Positions 1 through 16,260 of a stretch of 64,000 nucleotides of DNA are shown one piece after another. Both the position numbers and the translations under genes were made by a program. Origin of the DNA: Podarcis gaigeae (lineage: Eukaryota); assembly GCA_964106915.2 (NCBI GenBank), contig OZ066921.1. One strand, given 5' to 3'. How positions within the stretch are numbered: position 1 is the stretch's first letter; each line of letters opens with the position of its first letter. The notes under the pieces are model-generated. The model did no database searches. It was not told the origin of the DNA and saw nothing but the letters and a program-made list of their open reading frames with translations.

Positions 1-134
1 TCCTGAGACCCCACTAGTTATCAGTCATCCACTCTAAGCAGCTGCTATTTGAGTTTTTAAATATGTGCGCTGGCTATTCTCTAATCCGCGGTTTCAAGAA
101 AGGCAAACTCTTCCTTACATTTCCTTTGCTGCAG

Positions 135-4017
<3,883 letters not shown>

Positions 4018-4768
4018 AAAAGTCCAACTAGCTGACTGTCTTGCGTCTCATAGAAGGACACTGCCATAGGCCATAGCCTGAGGAAGGCACTTTAGTGACT
4101 ATGGATCACTGCAAAATACGGATAGGCTTGGGCTCTTCCAACATTCAGAATGTAGCCTCCAACGTTGTGCTATTAGATGAAAAGATGGCTGGAAATCCAT
4201 CTCTTTTAAAATAAGGTCTAGAATTACTTGCACCCCCAAGGTATGGGGCTTTGTCCATAGCTTGGCAGAATTTTGCACCCCTTGTGCTCTCTTTAATTCA
4301 CCCTCATCTATGTGACGTCCTCCTTAAACTACTGTTCTCCCACACTTTCCCCATCATGAATCAGGACTTGCACAAGGCATTCCCACAACCTCACCGGGCA
4401 ACTTCATCAAGTGCAGATAGGAGGTTAATAATGGCAGTCTACTCTCCTGGGGTTTCAAAGCCATTGCCTTTTATTCTAGCCTTGATGGATGTGGTGAAAA
4501 TTGTTCCTCTGCCTCTGTTCGATCTCCCTGCCCTGCTTACAAACATTTGAAGAAAAATATGGTATGCTTTAATGCCCAAATCTATATTGATCTGGTGGAT
4601 TGTCATATTTCCACATCTAACTGATGCATTGCAGTCCCTGGAGTGTACATGCATAACTTGCTTAGCCCAGCCTTGGCCATCCTGATGCCTCACAGGAGTT
4701 CTGGACTCCCATCATCCCCAGCCAGCATGCTCCAGGCAGTAGCAAGAGCTGTACACTAGCCTTGACCT

Positions 4769-4774
4769 AATAAA
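4769..4774 (+). terminator. Candidate CNGB1 polyadenylation signal (alternative AATAAA at 5322-5327)
   Basis: AATAAA ~750 nt after the stop, followed by a T-rich tract. Confidence 0.45.
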
Positions 4775-6589
4775 CCGGCATTCTTTCTCCTAGTCTCTTA
4801 TTTCTTGTAACCTGCTACCAGTGTCCAAATGACTATTGTCATTTCTGTGTTTTGGGGAATTCATTAACAACCTTTTCCTTGCAATGTAAGCTGAGGGGCA
4901 AAGAACACCGCGCAACAATAATTATTTAAAATGTTAGCAGCATTGTAACAAACAGCATATGTAAAGTAGCAGTGTCTGCAGGAAGGTTAATTACATTCCA
5001 AATGCCTGGGTAAACAGAAAAGCAGACCATTAGCAGAAGGGTGTTTTTGTTGTTAAGCTTTTGCAAATTAACTCATGGACCAAAACATCTAATTAATATG
5101 CCTCCCTTGATAACATCTGCCCCATGTCAGCAAGTGAACACTATTGTCTTGCAATAGGAATCATAGGCAAAAAATGGGCAAATGGAATGGAAAATGAGCA
5201 AGTGGATTGAGGCTGAGTGCACATTACCCTTTATTCCAGCTCCTGTGTGCTTCCAAGTCTGATGTTCAAAGCTGTGTACACATTATGTCAGCCCCAATCC
5301 ATATCTATCATGTAGTTTCTCAATAAATACTCCTGTTTGAAGCGTTTTCCCTCAAAGCAGCTTTGATTAGATTTGAAAATGCAAGCTGAAGTCAAGGTGA
5401 GGTGTGTACAGCTCAGACAGCCATTGCACATGTGGAGATGACAACACATACGCAGATGACTGCTTCACTTAATTGGAATTTAGGGGGGTTGCAGAAACAA
5501 ATCAAGTAATGTGATCAGTTGAGGACATTTCTACATCACAAATGCAAATGTGGCTTAAAATGGCACTGAGGGGAACAGGAATGTGTTTTAAGACGCTCAG
5601 TAGCGTTACTGAGCCAATCATTTAGCTATCCAGTAGGTGGCAGCAAGGGAGCCTAAATTGGTACACCATAAAAGAAAAAGACCTCTTGCACTGTGGTAAA
5701 GCATTTGCATCAGGGCCCAGGTCCAAATCCTGGTATCTCCAGTAAGAAACGAGGTAGCATGGCAAAGGTGAAAGAGAGATGAACATAGCTGGAGAGATTT
5801 GTAACCTTCCACTTAACATTGTTCCTAGAAGCTCCAGTGCTGGGAAACTGCAGAAGGGCTTTCTGAATGGACAAGCGAGTACTGTGACATAATAACTGGG
5901 CAAAATACCAATTGGATCCCTCTTATAGCCAGTTGCCTGAAAAGCATTCTGCTTGCTCCTTAGCAGCAAGCTAGACTTACCCATGGGTGAAGGAAAGACG
6001 TGTCGGAGGAGAGTCCTCAAAGACTCAAAGTTCCTGGAGGAATCTCCCATGAACACGTCACAACTCTGCCCTTTGGACACTCCTGCGACACTTGGAACTA
6101 TGTGTCCAGCACACAAGGAGAGGTGAGACGTCTGGAGAGACAATGGAGGTGGGATGTGGGTGAGGGGGGCTGATGATGACCCACTACAATTTTCCTGACT
6201 CTTTCTCCTCATGGAACACAGTCAAGCAAAATCCAGCCTAACTATTACACACTGGCAATGAGTTCCTTGGGGGAAATTGAGGTATCCTGAGTTTTATCAG
6301 GCAATGGGGAAAACACCCTCCCCAAACAAAATCTGCTAAGCTTCCCATCCCTAAGCTGCATCCCCAGACATTCCAGGAGGGATGGAGGAGAAAGCCACAA
6401 CTGTGAGCTACGGCAGAGTTCGGCCAAAGGGAAGCGGGCAGCAGGGCAGCAAACACAGGGGCTTAGGAAAGCTGAACTGGGAGGAAGGATGAAGGAAAGA
6501 GGTGCCATGGCGAACTCTGCAGACAAGGAAGGGAAACTGAAAATGTAGTACACATTTTTCCTAATAATACACATTTTAAATTCCAAATT

Positions 6590-6900
6590 TCACCATTTAC
6601 ACCCCGAAGTGGCTAACAACACTACAACACAGTATACAAAATTTAAAACCTGAATAAAATTCAGTATTTTAGAAAGTAAAGCATTTGAGAAGCATTCAGG
6701 GTGTAAGGTTTGACCAGGTGCCTGAAACTCATTTGAGGCGGTGCCTTTATAACTTTGTGGGAGGGAGTTCCCTAGAGTTGGGCCCATCACGCTGAAGGCA
6801 TGACTCACTGTGGACATGAGTTGAGCTTCTGGCCTATAGGGAACCATTAATAGTGCTTTCCCAATGATCTCAGTGATTGACTTGGGCTCTACGTAATATA
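6590..6900 (-). mobile_element. Degenerate L2-like LINE 3' fragment
   Basis: gggagggagttcc..agagttgggcccatcacgctgaaggc motif shared with other L2-like tails in the window. Confidence 0.45.
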
Positions 6901-7104
6901 CATGTCATATGATCACATCTGGCTGTAAATACAAATTGAGCAATCGGGAACAGGGCATTTAAACAACTGAAACTAAAAAAGAAGCTCAGGGACACCAATC
7001 CTCCAACAATTTGAAACCAGCAAGAGATTGGAGAAAGGAGCTGGTGATATGGATAAATTCAGCTCGGCTGCTATGGCTGGGCTCTTCCTCTCCTAAACTA
7101 CTTG

Positions 7105-7265
7105 GAATCATAGAATTGTAGAAATGGAAGGTACCCAAAGGGTCATCTAGTCCAACCCCCTGCAATGCAGAAATCGCAACAAATGAATCTATGACAGATG
7201 GCATCCAACCTCTGCTTAAAAACCTCCTAGGAAGGACAGCCCAATCAACTTCCAAGGTTGTCTGT
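7105..7265 (-). mobile_element. CR1 LINE 3' end (resumes at ~7940-8110)
   Basis: atcatagaattgtaga...gggtcatctagtccaaccccctgcaatgcag...catccaacctctgcttaaaa; further CR1-like sequence (gttagaaagttcttcccaatgtttagtctgaatctc) downstream. Confidence 0.65.
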
Positions 7266-7277
7266 TCCACCGGGGGG

Positions 7278-7308
<31 letters not shown>

Positions 7309-7394
7309 TGCACCTGAGACAAACAACAAAACACTCCCAATCTAGGGAAGAAGGGGTGGGTGAAGATCTACATCAGGAACAAGCAGGGAATAAA

Positions 7395-7643
7395 GAGGAG
7401 GAGGAGTTTGGATTTGATATCCTGCTTTATCCCTACCCAAAGGAGTCTCAAAGCGGCTAACATTCTCCTTTCCCTTCCTCCCCCACAACAAACACTCTGT
7501 GAGGTGAGTGGGGCTGAGAGACTTCAAAGAAGTGTGACTGGCCCAAGGTCACCCAGCAGCTGCATGTGGAGGAGCGGAGACGCGAACCCGGTTCACCAGA
7601 TTACAAATCTACCGCTCTTAACCACTACACCACATTGGCTCTC
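7395..7643 (-). mobile_element. tRNA-derived CORE-type SINE (Squam3-like), full length
   Basis: Near-identical reverse complement of the copy at 26712-26963; tRNA-like head GTGGTGTAGTGGTTAAGAGC...GGTTCG and (CTC/CTT)n tail. Confidence 0.85.
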
Positions 7644-8429
7644 TACTTTGGGAACAAGGGAGGGAAACGAAATCAACCTTACTTGGTGGATGAAGTGGGA
7701 ACCAAAGGCCATTGCAGGGGTGGGAAAGGGGCCACTCTGAATCATGTTGAGTGGGTGCAGACCCCAGAAGACCCCAGAGGGCAGCTTCTGCTATTTCCTC
7801 ACTAGGGGAAATGTATCGTTTCTGCTGTGACAGCGGCAGCAGGCAATGCATTCACTTGAGGCTGGATCTGCTACTGCTGTGGATCCTGCCGTTCAAGGCA
7901 GTGGTCTCACCTTGCCTCATGGGGTGTGCCAGCTTTGTGTTTCACTGTCAAACAGCTCTTATTGTTAGAAAGTTCTTCCCAATGTTTAGTCTGAATCTCC
8001 TTTCTTGTAATTTGACTCTACCCTCTGGAGCAGGAGAAAACAAGCTTCCACATTACAGCCCTTCAAATATTTGAAGATGACTGTCATAATCACCTCTCAG
8101 TCTCCTCTTCTCCCAGGTGGAAGATACATTGTTAGAAGGGGGAAGAGAAGGAAAAGTGGTATTTCTGAGCACCAACTAGAGACCAGAGTTGTGGATTTCC
8201 TGCCCTTCAAGATTTTCCCTCTTCACCGCCTTTGTTTCAGCCTGGTTACCTCATGGCAAATTCTATTCCAAGGAGCTCAGTAAGTAAACATGTGGGGGGA
8301 GTCAGGGATCCATCACAGCTCTGCAATGCACATGGAACTTCCATGCAGGAGCCGTCCTGCTTTGTATGTTAACCTGTCAATTATTGGGGGCGATAGGAAT
8401 GCAGGCAGCAAGCAGCAGGGAAGGAGGGG

Positions 8430-8735
8430 AATTCAGGTCACATTTTAATTGTAGCCTTCCTAATTCCCAGAACATTACATAAGCAGAAATGCAGTTACCC
8501 TTCAGACTTATCTGAATTTTCCATTTCTGAAAAATGTATACAAATACACGTAGTGAAAATAATGGGAAAATGTATTATATAAGGGGAAGTGGCATGCAAA
8601 AATGTGTCCATTAGCTCATTAAAAATGATCATTACAGCCCTGACCATTATGACAAAATGATGCAAACATATGAACTGAACTTACAATTGGAATATTCAGA
8701 AACTGAGCGAGACCAGAATTGACAGATTGGCTGAT
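8430..8735 (+). repeat. Unclassified interspersed repeat (related copies ~9885-10300 on - and ~39010-39680 on +)
   Basis: Shared motifs aggggaaattgca..caaaaatgtgt and aactgaac..a(a/c)(g/a)attggaa in three places. Confidence 0.55.
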
Positions 8736-9884
8736 TTAGCACACCAATGAACAGGGCTTTTATTTTTTTGTTTTTTTGTTTTTTTAGCATGGCTTGTTTT
8801 AGGCTGAAACATAACTTATTTGACATAAGAGGCTTTTGTCACATTCACTTTGTGGTCTTTTAGGGCAGTTGGAGACATTCTCCAATGCCAAGCCTGATTA
8901 TTAAGCTCTCTTTCAGAATGGATGGTTTGCTATGATTCTAGCTCAGTTAATGAATCCCTTCATCTGTCAGAGAATAAATCAGAAGTGTCACCTAGTGCTC
9001 CTGCCACTGTGACTGTCCCAGGCTCATTCAAGCATCTGAGACTGCTTCTGGACACAGCACAAGGCCTGAGGGTGTCTCTGGAGCATTTTTAATAGTTGCT
9101 TCTACACAATGTCTCAAATGCATGTGGTGGGTAGTGGAGGGTGAAGGAAATCTTAAGCAGCAAGGAATCCTTGTATCTCAATTTGCTTTGGGCTTAAAAG
9201 GAAAGATACAAATCCCTGCTAATGAGATTGTGCTGCTGCTATTTTCTTCACTATCCTGAAGGAGGTAATAGCCTCTGGTCATCTGGTTTCATTGGCTTAA
9301 TTCTTTAGGGCAGCCTTCCCCAACCTGGTGCCCTCCAGATGTTTTGGTCTACCATTACACAGCTGACATGGCTGCTATGGGGCGGGTATTTACAAGCAAT
9401 GAGGAAAATGTCTGAGATTATTACTCTCAATTCTGTTACGAGCAGTGACAACTGTCAGCACTGATGAACTCATTTGCCACTTCATATTTTGGGTGTCACC
9501 CCTCCTTAGCCCCCCCTTGCATAGCAGCAAGCTCCTCTGGACTCAAATTTTCCCCATCAGAATTCCTGTCAGGGCTGCCCCTACCCCTCAATTTAATTCA
9601 CAGCTGCCAAGCAGTGCCTGTTCACATACAATGCTTAGAAGAAATGAACTTATCTAGACTTTCGCCTGTGTGGTATAACCAAATTTAATTGGGTGGATGG
9701 GGCACCTGAGTCTCTAGTCTCAGTAAAATTGTGACCAGTGCAGCACAGCACAAATGTAGCTTGTTCTCTCTGGAATAGACACAAGGGATCAATTTAAATG
9801 AAAAACCATTATGGAATAGAATGCTATTATGCCTAGGAAATGAAAAGGCTATTTATTAGGTGGAACAGATAGACTACCCAAGGG

Positions 9885-10300
9885 GTGGGTGGATGTGTCC
9901 ATTTCAGCTTCTCTTTGTTTCTAATTTTTCCACCCTTAAGGTCAGCTTGTCCCATTACACCATCTATTTGCAAATTTTTATTTTAAAAGTCCACATTTTG
10001 AAAATGTTATGAATTTGTATGCATGTTTCTCCTAACAGATGCATTTTTTGCACACAATTTGGCCTAGTGTGCACATTTTTGCAAGCACATTTCCCTAATA
10101 CAAATACAGTTTTATAGTTACTTTCACTAATGTATGCCCTTTTGTGTGGACTTTTATGGTAGGAAAACTTCATCATTAAAAAATTCAGATGTGCAGATTG
10201 TGAAGGGTAACTGTGTTCAGGTTCACTTATTGCTTCAGGAGGTTAGAATCAGGAAGGTTTCTCATTTTAGTGAACCAAATGAATTTCTCCTCCATTCCTT
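9885..10300 (-). repeat. Unclassified interspersed repeat, same family as 8430-8735 and 39010-39680
   Basis: Reverse-complement similarity (gcacatttttgcaagcacatttccctaata...). Confidence 0.55.
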
Positions 10301-11157
10301 CCAGCTATTGATATTCATTCTGTTCCCTCAGTGGCCTGAACTACAGAGAGAGGGAGAGAAGCACAATAATATATGAGCAGTGAAAAGTCTCTCTTTCACT
10401 GTGCTGTAAGTACTTTAAAAAAATAAAAGGGCATTATTTATATTCTGCTGGAGTGAGGGGAGTTATCTGGCAAAGGCGAGGAAACCAGAAGTGGGTTTGT
10501 TGCAGAGGCACTTGACAGCGGGCCCACACTCAACTTTTTTCTGAATGAGGGGTGTGAGAGAAAGAGATTGCAGTTGCTCAGTAGTGTCAGAAAGGCACTT
10601 GGCACATGCTGGGATGTACTTTTCTTCCCATGCTCCAGGACTCAGCACTTGTGCTCAAGACAAGGTGTATTGGCTGAGGCCTGGTAAGTCTTGGTGCAAA
10701 TTGGGTCGATTTTAGAGTGCTTGTTCAGAGAGGGGAGAGTCATGAGAAAAAGAAGCTGCTTTGTTTTGAAGAGTTGCTGCAAAAAGGGGGGGCTAGGAAT
10801 CAGCTGGTATGTGGAAGAAAACAGAATGCCTGTGTTCTGTGGCTGAGTTTCCTGGCAACAGAAGGGGGAATCAGTGCTTAATTTCTAGAAAATTCCTTGG
10901 GCTTTCACATAAGATCTGCTTCTGGGAAGGAGAAAGGCTGCAGTTGAAGGAGAAGCACTCTGCATATGGCAAAAGGTACTTGTATCATTAAAATGCAACT
11001 GTTATTTCTGCTTAAGAATTCTCAGCTATGAAGTCAAGATCAGTCACTGAATCATTGGGCAGAATTCTTAAAGGGAAATATTTTGTGCTCTTGCAGTGCC
11101 TTGGCTTTCCTCAGTTCAAATATGGGACTAGTATATATTAAATAGTATAAATGCATA

Positions 11158-11383
11158 CAGTGGTACCTCAGGTTAAGTACTTAATTCGTTCTGGAGGTCT
11201 GTTCTTAACCGGAAACTGTTCTTAACCTGAAGCACCACTTTAGCTAATGGGGCCTCCTGCTGCTGCTGCGCTGCTGGAGCATGATTTCTGTTCTCATCCT
11301 GAAGCAAAGTTCTTAACCTGAAGCACTATTTCTGGGTTAGCGGAGTCTGTAACCTGAAGCGTATGTAACCTGAGGTACCACTG
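11158..11383. mobile_element. Tc1/mariner-type MITE
   Basis: TIRs CAGTGGTACCTC...GAGGTACCACTG, TA target duplications at 11156-57 and 11384-85; second copy at 39340-39581 in the opposite orientation. Confidence 0.85.
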
Positions 11384-13103
11384 TAATTCATTGTTCCAGC
11401 ACATACATGTATCTGAAGCATTGTAGTCTGGGAGTTGCCTCACTGCTTTTGCTTTCTGTCTTCATGGACTTAAATCTATTGCAGTGGTAGGCTGAAGGTA
11501 GATTGGGATCTAGATTGGTTGATCTGGGGCTGATTTGCTGCAAATCATCTGAGTTTACAATTAGCAGCAACAAAAACGCTTCCCTCCTTCTTTAAATTAA
11601 GCTGCTGGGATGTAGGGGGTGGGGAGGAAACCAGGAGTGGATTTTGTGTAACAAGTCATGAGTTATGGTACTAAAAATCAAGTTATTGCATTGATCATGT
11701 GCTCAGAGGCATGGTCTCTTCTTTAACCCTATGCTGCTTGACTCCGCCCCCCCCCCCCCAGCCACCACTTTATATCCAGCTCTGGTTCATGGACCTTGAG
11801 CTTCTAGGACAAAGTAAAGTACAGTAGATCATGTAAGCCTGGAGTTTGCCTACCTCCTAATCTATGGCATTCACCCACTTGTAAATATCCTGTTTGCTGC
11901 TTGCAGCATGTTAAGAGTCTCAATTGTCTGAACTGTGTTGGCCCCACCATGCCATTACTGCTCATGCTTTTCTTATCATCTGTGAAATATTGACAGGGAA
12001 ATAGCAATATAAACAACCAAGGTGCTTATATCATGATCATATATTGAACTCAATTAAACACTTATTTGAACCTTAATCCCCCCCCAATCATATTGAATTG
12101 TTGTTGATCTATTTTAGTCTGTATTTAGTTGATATTCCTCAATTGCTAACTTCTTGTAGTTGATTCTTTTCATTCAAGACAATACATTTCTTTCAACAAA
12201 AAAGAAATTGTGTGGCTAATCGCTGGAGAGTCTCTTGGAAATGCTGTCAAGGCAGCAGAGGATTGTCCACTCCAGTTCAGGTTGGTTTTGTGTTCATTTA
12301 AAATGAAACTGATACATGCCTTAGTGGTGAAGACTCTTAAAAGAAATGATGACTCATATGAAGACCGTTTCATGCTATTGAAGTCTCTAGAAAAACAAAA
12401 ACGAAAACCTTTCTGAACCTTCTGAGTTCAGGAGAGCCAGTTCGTATTTTATTTGCACAGCAGAGTGCAATGGAGACAGAAATCAAAACATGTCTATATT
12501 TAGTGTGCCTTCTGCATTAGCTAGTTACTGCCTCAGGCAAATGTTTAACCTATATTTGTAAAACTACCCCATAACTGCCAGTGAAGCAGGGAATCTACTG
12601 CTCCAAATCCTAACACAGAAAGCTTTTCTGTTAAACAGACCCATTACTACTAGAAAGAGGTGGAGGGAAAGTCTGGCCTGTACAGTATCAGTCCATCTAA
12701 GCATCTCAACATGCTACTCTACTGCCCTTTTCAGGTAATCAGGTTTCAGTGCAGTGGTGATTCTCATCTGTCACTGTTAATTGCAAAGCCAGTAGTGAGG
12801 GAGTGTATCAGGCATCCATAATCCTACCCAGAATTAAGCTGCTGCCCTTGCTTTTAGACTCTCCTAGATGAAATGCATGTGTTGATTCAAATATATCCAT
12901 CTGAGTGCAACCTTCGCCAACCCAGTGCCCTCCATTTAGGACTATAACTTTTATCAGTCCCAGCCAGCTGGGCTGGTGAAGACTACAGTAAGAATTAAAA
13001 ATGTGCATTCATGTATGGCAATTATCTGCAAATCAGTGTGGCTTACATAAGACAACTAGCACCCATCTTTCATATGAGGATTCTCCTTATGTGTCACACT
13101 CAG

Positions 13104-13247
13104 CATGGAAGATGCCATGGCCAAATCTGAGGAAATGGTTTGTGACATGGTACAAAAATATCTCGATTTTTGTTTTGAGGAATGTCTACCTATGCAAATC
13201 ATGGTTATGGACCTTGTGTTTTCAATGGCCTTTTCTTTATTTTGGAG
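13104..13247 (+). other. Putative (possibly relic) upstream exon of a long KIFC3 isoform encoding a hydrophobic N-terminal segment
   Basis: cag acceptor at 13101-03, ATG at 13105, frame MEDAMAKSEEMVCDMVQKYLDFCFEECLPMQIMVMDLVFSMAFSLFWR, weak AG|gtgcaa donor; resembles the recalled fish/bird long-KIFC3 N-terminus (MHIMVLALMFSMTFHLFW). Confidence 0.5.
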
Positions 13248-13450
13248 GTGCAAATGGTATAAACTTGACTTGACATTCTGGAGCCAATCTAAGGCCCACC
13301 TTTTTACCTGGGCTCTTATGAGTAAGCTATATGCCCATGCAGCTATAATGTGGTTATAATGTACTGCTGATTATCTGTTACAACTGATTGTTTCATTGGG
13401 TTTGTTAGATGTTTCTTTCTTTTATTGTTTATCACTGTTGGGTTTTTTAA

Positions 13451-13701
13451 CGGTCGTACCTTGGTTTTCGAACAGAATGCATTCCAGAAGTCTGTTCGAC
13501 TTCTGAAATGTTCAGAAACCAAGGTGCGGCTTCCGATTGGCTGCAGGAGCGTCCTGCAGCCAATCGGAAGCTGCAGAAGTTGTGCTGGACGTTCGGCTTC
13601 CAAAGCAAAGTTCGTAAACTGGAAGGCCTACTTCCGGGTTTGCAATGTTTAAATTCCAAGTTGTTCATGAACTAAGCTGTTTGAAAACCAAGGTACAACT
13701 C
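13451..13701. mobile_element. Tc1/mariner (Tigger-like) MITE
   Basis: Imperfect TIRs cggtcgtaccttggtttt...aaaaccaaggtacaact; internal palindrome ccgattggctgcagga..tcctgcagccaatcgg. Confidence 0.7.
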
Positions 13702-14464
13702 TTATTATTACCAACTCTGGGATTCACACGAAAGGCAGGATATTATTAACTAAATACATGCAATGTCTATAGTCTATTTCATATAGTCTATTTCTAAAAA
13801 CAGGCAGGCAGGAGACAGGTTAAAGCAGAAGTTTTGCTCTGGCTTCAGATCAGGTGAGCTAATGATAAGGGAGGTTGTGCTCACGCTGTTTGCCAAGGTC
13901 TAGCTCTTAACTTTCTGAAGGTGTACCTAACCTTCAAGAAAACCATTCTCCTTGGGGAGGAAGACTACAGCTCTTTTTGTACTGTGATAACTTGGCCACA
14001 GTAGTTTACAGACCCTCCATGTGCCCCTATTTTCCAGGGATGTTTCTGATTTAGATAAGCCATCCCAGTTTCTGATTTCATCCTGGAATGTCCCACTTTT
14101 TTAGGATGTCCCTATTTTCATTGGAGAAATGCTGGAGGGTATGGAGTTATCCAACCTCTGAGCCGTCTGAAGAAAATCTTGTATAGGGAAGGTTTTTAAA
14201 TTTTTAAAAATGTTTTATTATGTTTTGATATATGTTGAAAACTGCCGAGAGTGGCTGGGGCAACCCAGTAAGATGTATAGGGTATAAACAGTAAAATGAT
14301 CATTATGGAATGGGACGTCCCTATTTTCATTGGAGAAATATTGGAGGGTATGAGTTTATGCTCTGATAAACTCTTGCCTGAATTAGTGCCATGCGCTCTA
14401 CATTGGACTTCCCTAGAAAACACTTCAGAAGTTGCAACTAGTGCAGAATACTGGGATCACATTA

Positions 14465-14616
14465 CAGTCAAACCTCGGCTCCCGAAGGCCTTCGTTATTG
14501 TACTTTTCGGCTCCTGAACATCAAAAACCTGAAGTGTGTGTTCTGGTTTTTGAACGTTTTTCGGAAGCCAAACAGACTTCCAGAACGGTTTAAGTTCAAC
14601 AACTGAGGTTTGACTG
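14465..14616. mobile_element. Tc1/mariner MITE
   Basis: TA-CAGTCAAACCTC...GAGGTTTGACTG-TA; related to 34039-34227. Confidence 0.75.
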
Positions 14617-15269
14617 TATAATAATCCTGAAAGCACTGCTCTGGCTGCCAGTGACTGGTGGTGCCAGTACAAAGCCCTAAATAAGGCCTAAGCCACATTC
14701 CTTCAAGGACTGCCTTCCCCACAACCAGCCAACCCAAGTTTTGCCAACTGCAGGAGTGGGAGACCTGCCTGGGAGCTGAGGGATGTAGCCTTCTTACTGG
14801 TAGCACCCTGGATCTACTTTTGTTTTTAATGCTGTGTTTTTGCCAGCTGCCCTGGGCTCTCAGGAGGAGGGAGTGCTTAAGAAATAAAATAATGGTGGTG
14901 GTGATTAAAGGGCTTATCATTGTTTTTAATTATATTTTGAATGCTATAGCTTTGAATAAAACAGAAGTTTTAAACTGACAATTTTACTGCTTTATTCCTT
15001 TTTGCTAATCCTTTTGGGTATTTGGCTTTGCATTTTTTACAATTAACATTTTTATGAAACAAATAAAATCATACAATAAACATGTCCCTCCAAACATTCC
15101 ACCACACTCCCAAGGTGGCTAATAGAGGCCAGGATTTGCACAGGAAAGTAAAAGCACCGCTGTTCGGGTGGGGGAAAGAACAGCGGAAGCTCCTCACTCC
15201 CACGGGGGCAAATGAATACCGTTACAGTATTTACTGATGGGGTGGAGGAAACCAAAGTACCCTTGCCTT

Positions 15270-16260
15270 GGCTGGCTTTCGCCGCGCCCAACCCACTTAC
15301 AGGGGGAAATTGCAGGTTTCTTTTCCAAAAAAAAACACCCCACCCCATGCCCGTGTGCTCGTCCCCGGCGCTTCCTCAGGAAGGCCGGAGCAGGCGGAGT
15401 TGCCATGGCAACCAGCGACAAGTAGGCGCTCGTTCCTTGCGAAGGGGGCGGCGGCGGCGGCTCCCGCTCTAGCTCTGTCGGGAGCGCGCGCGCGCGGTAG
15501 CATGGGCTGCCTAGACAGCAATGCCTCTGCCATCGGAATCTCTCCCTGAGGCGCTTGTCCCGGGCCGGGCCTTTTTTCTCCTCCTTTTTCTAACTGACAG
15601 GGTGAAGGTGGGCCTAGGAGGGAGGTCGCTCGGGGACGCTGTTTCTCGGCTGGCCGACAAGCCAACAACGACAACGTCTTCTGAGGGGGTGGGAGGGGCG
15701 GCCACGTGCGCGCGAAGGATCCTGACGAGACGCGAGTCAGCCGCGGCCACGCCTGCCTCGGAGCGAGGCGGGCGGCGGCTCAAGAGAGCGTTAGCTTTTC
15801 CTTCTCGGCGAGGGCGAAGCTCCTGACTCGTCAGCGGCCGGACGCAACGCCAGGGACTAGCGCCGTGGCCAGTTTGAAGCGGCCCGCCGAGGAGGAGTTT
15901 CCGCGCGCATTCGCAGCCGCCGCAGCAGCAGCAACGAAGGAATTGGGGAGGTGCTTCTCCCCGGGCCTCTGGGCGCCGCCCGCGTTGGGGACGTGCTGGC
16001 TCTCCTCCGGCGTTCGTGACCGCGACGGCCGGCCGGTCAGGCTGGACCGGGCATCTCCCGATTAGCTTGTCTGCAGACCTTTATAAGCTGCACCCTTGTT
16101 GCCCATTTCGGGGCGTGGCTTGCTGTTGGAATGTGAGAGGGAGTGCGGCGGGCGAGGTTGACCCGAAACCCAGGAGGGGTTCAGCTATCTTGGAGTCGCA
16201 GCAGGCTCCTGTTTTCGGAAGTCTCCGTCGACATCTCCGTCTGTCTCGGTAAATGTCAGG
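15270..16260 (+). promoter_or_regulatory. CpG island, probable main KIFC3 promoter and first non-coding exon(s)
   Basis: Sharp rise in GC and CpG content; GC boxes, (GC)n run ~15484-15495, E-box CACGTG 15703-15708; candidate donors near 15422, 15951 and 16249. Confidence 0.8.
15399..15412. promoter_or_regulatory. RFX X-box
   Basis: GTTGCCATGGCAAC, a perfect palindromic match to the X-box consensus GTNRCC(N0-3)RGYAAC, inside the CpG island. Confidence 0.75.

Noticed and set aside
5622-6212. 196-aa minus-strand ORF
   Set aside because: No recognisable domain, overlaps a SINE-like fragment at ~5690-5745, and no splice-consistent neighbours; probably a chance ORF.
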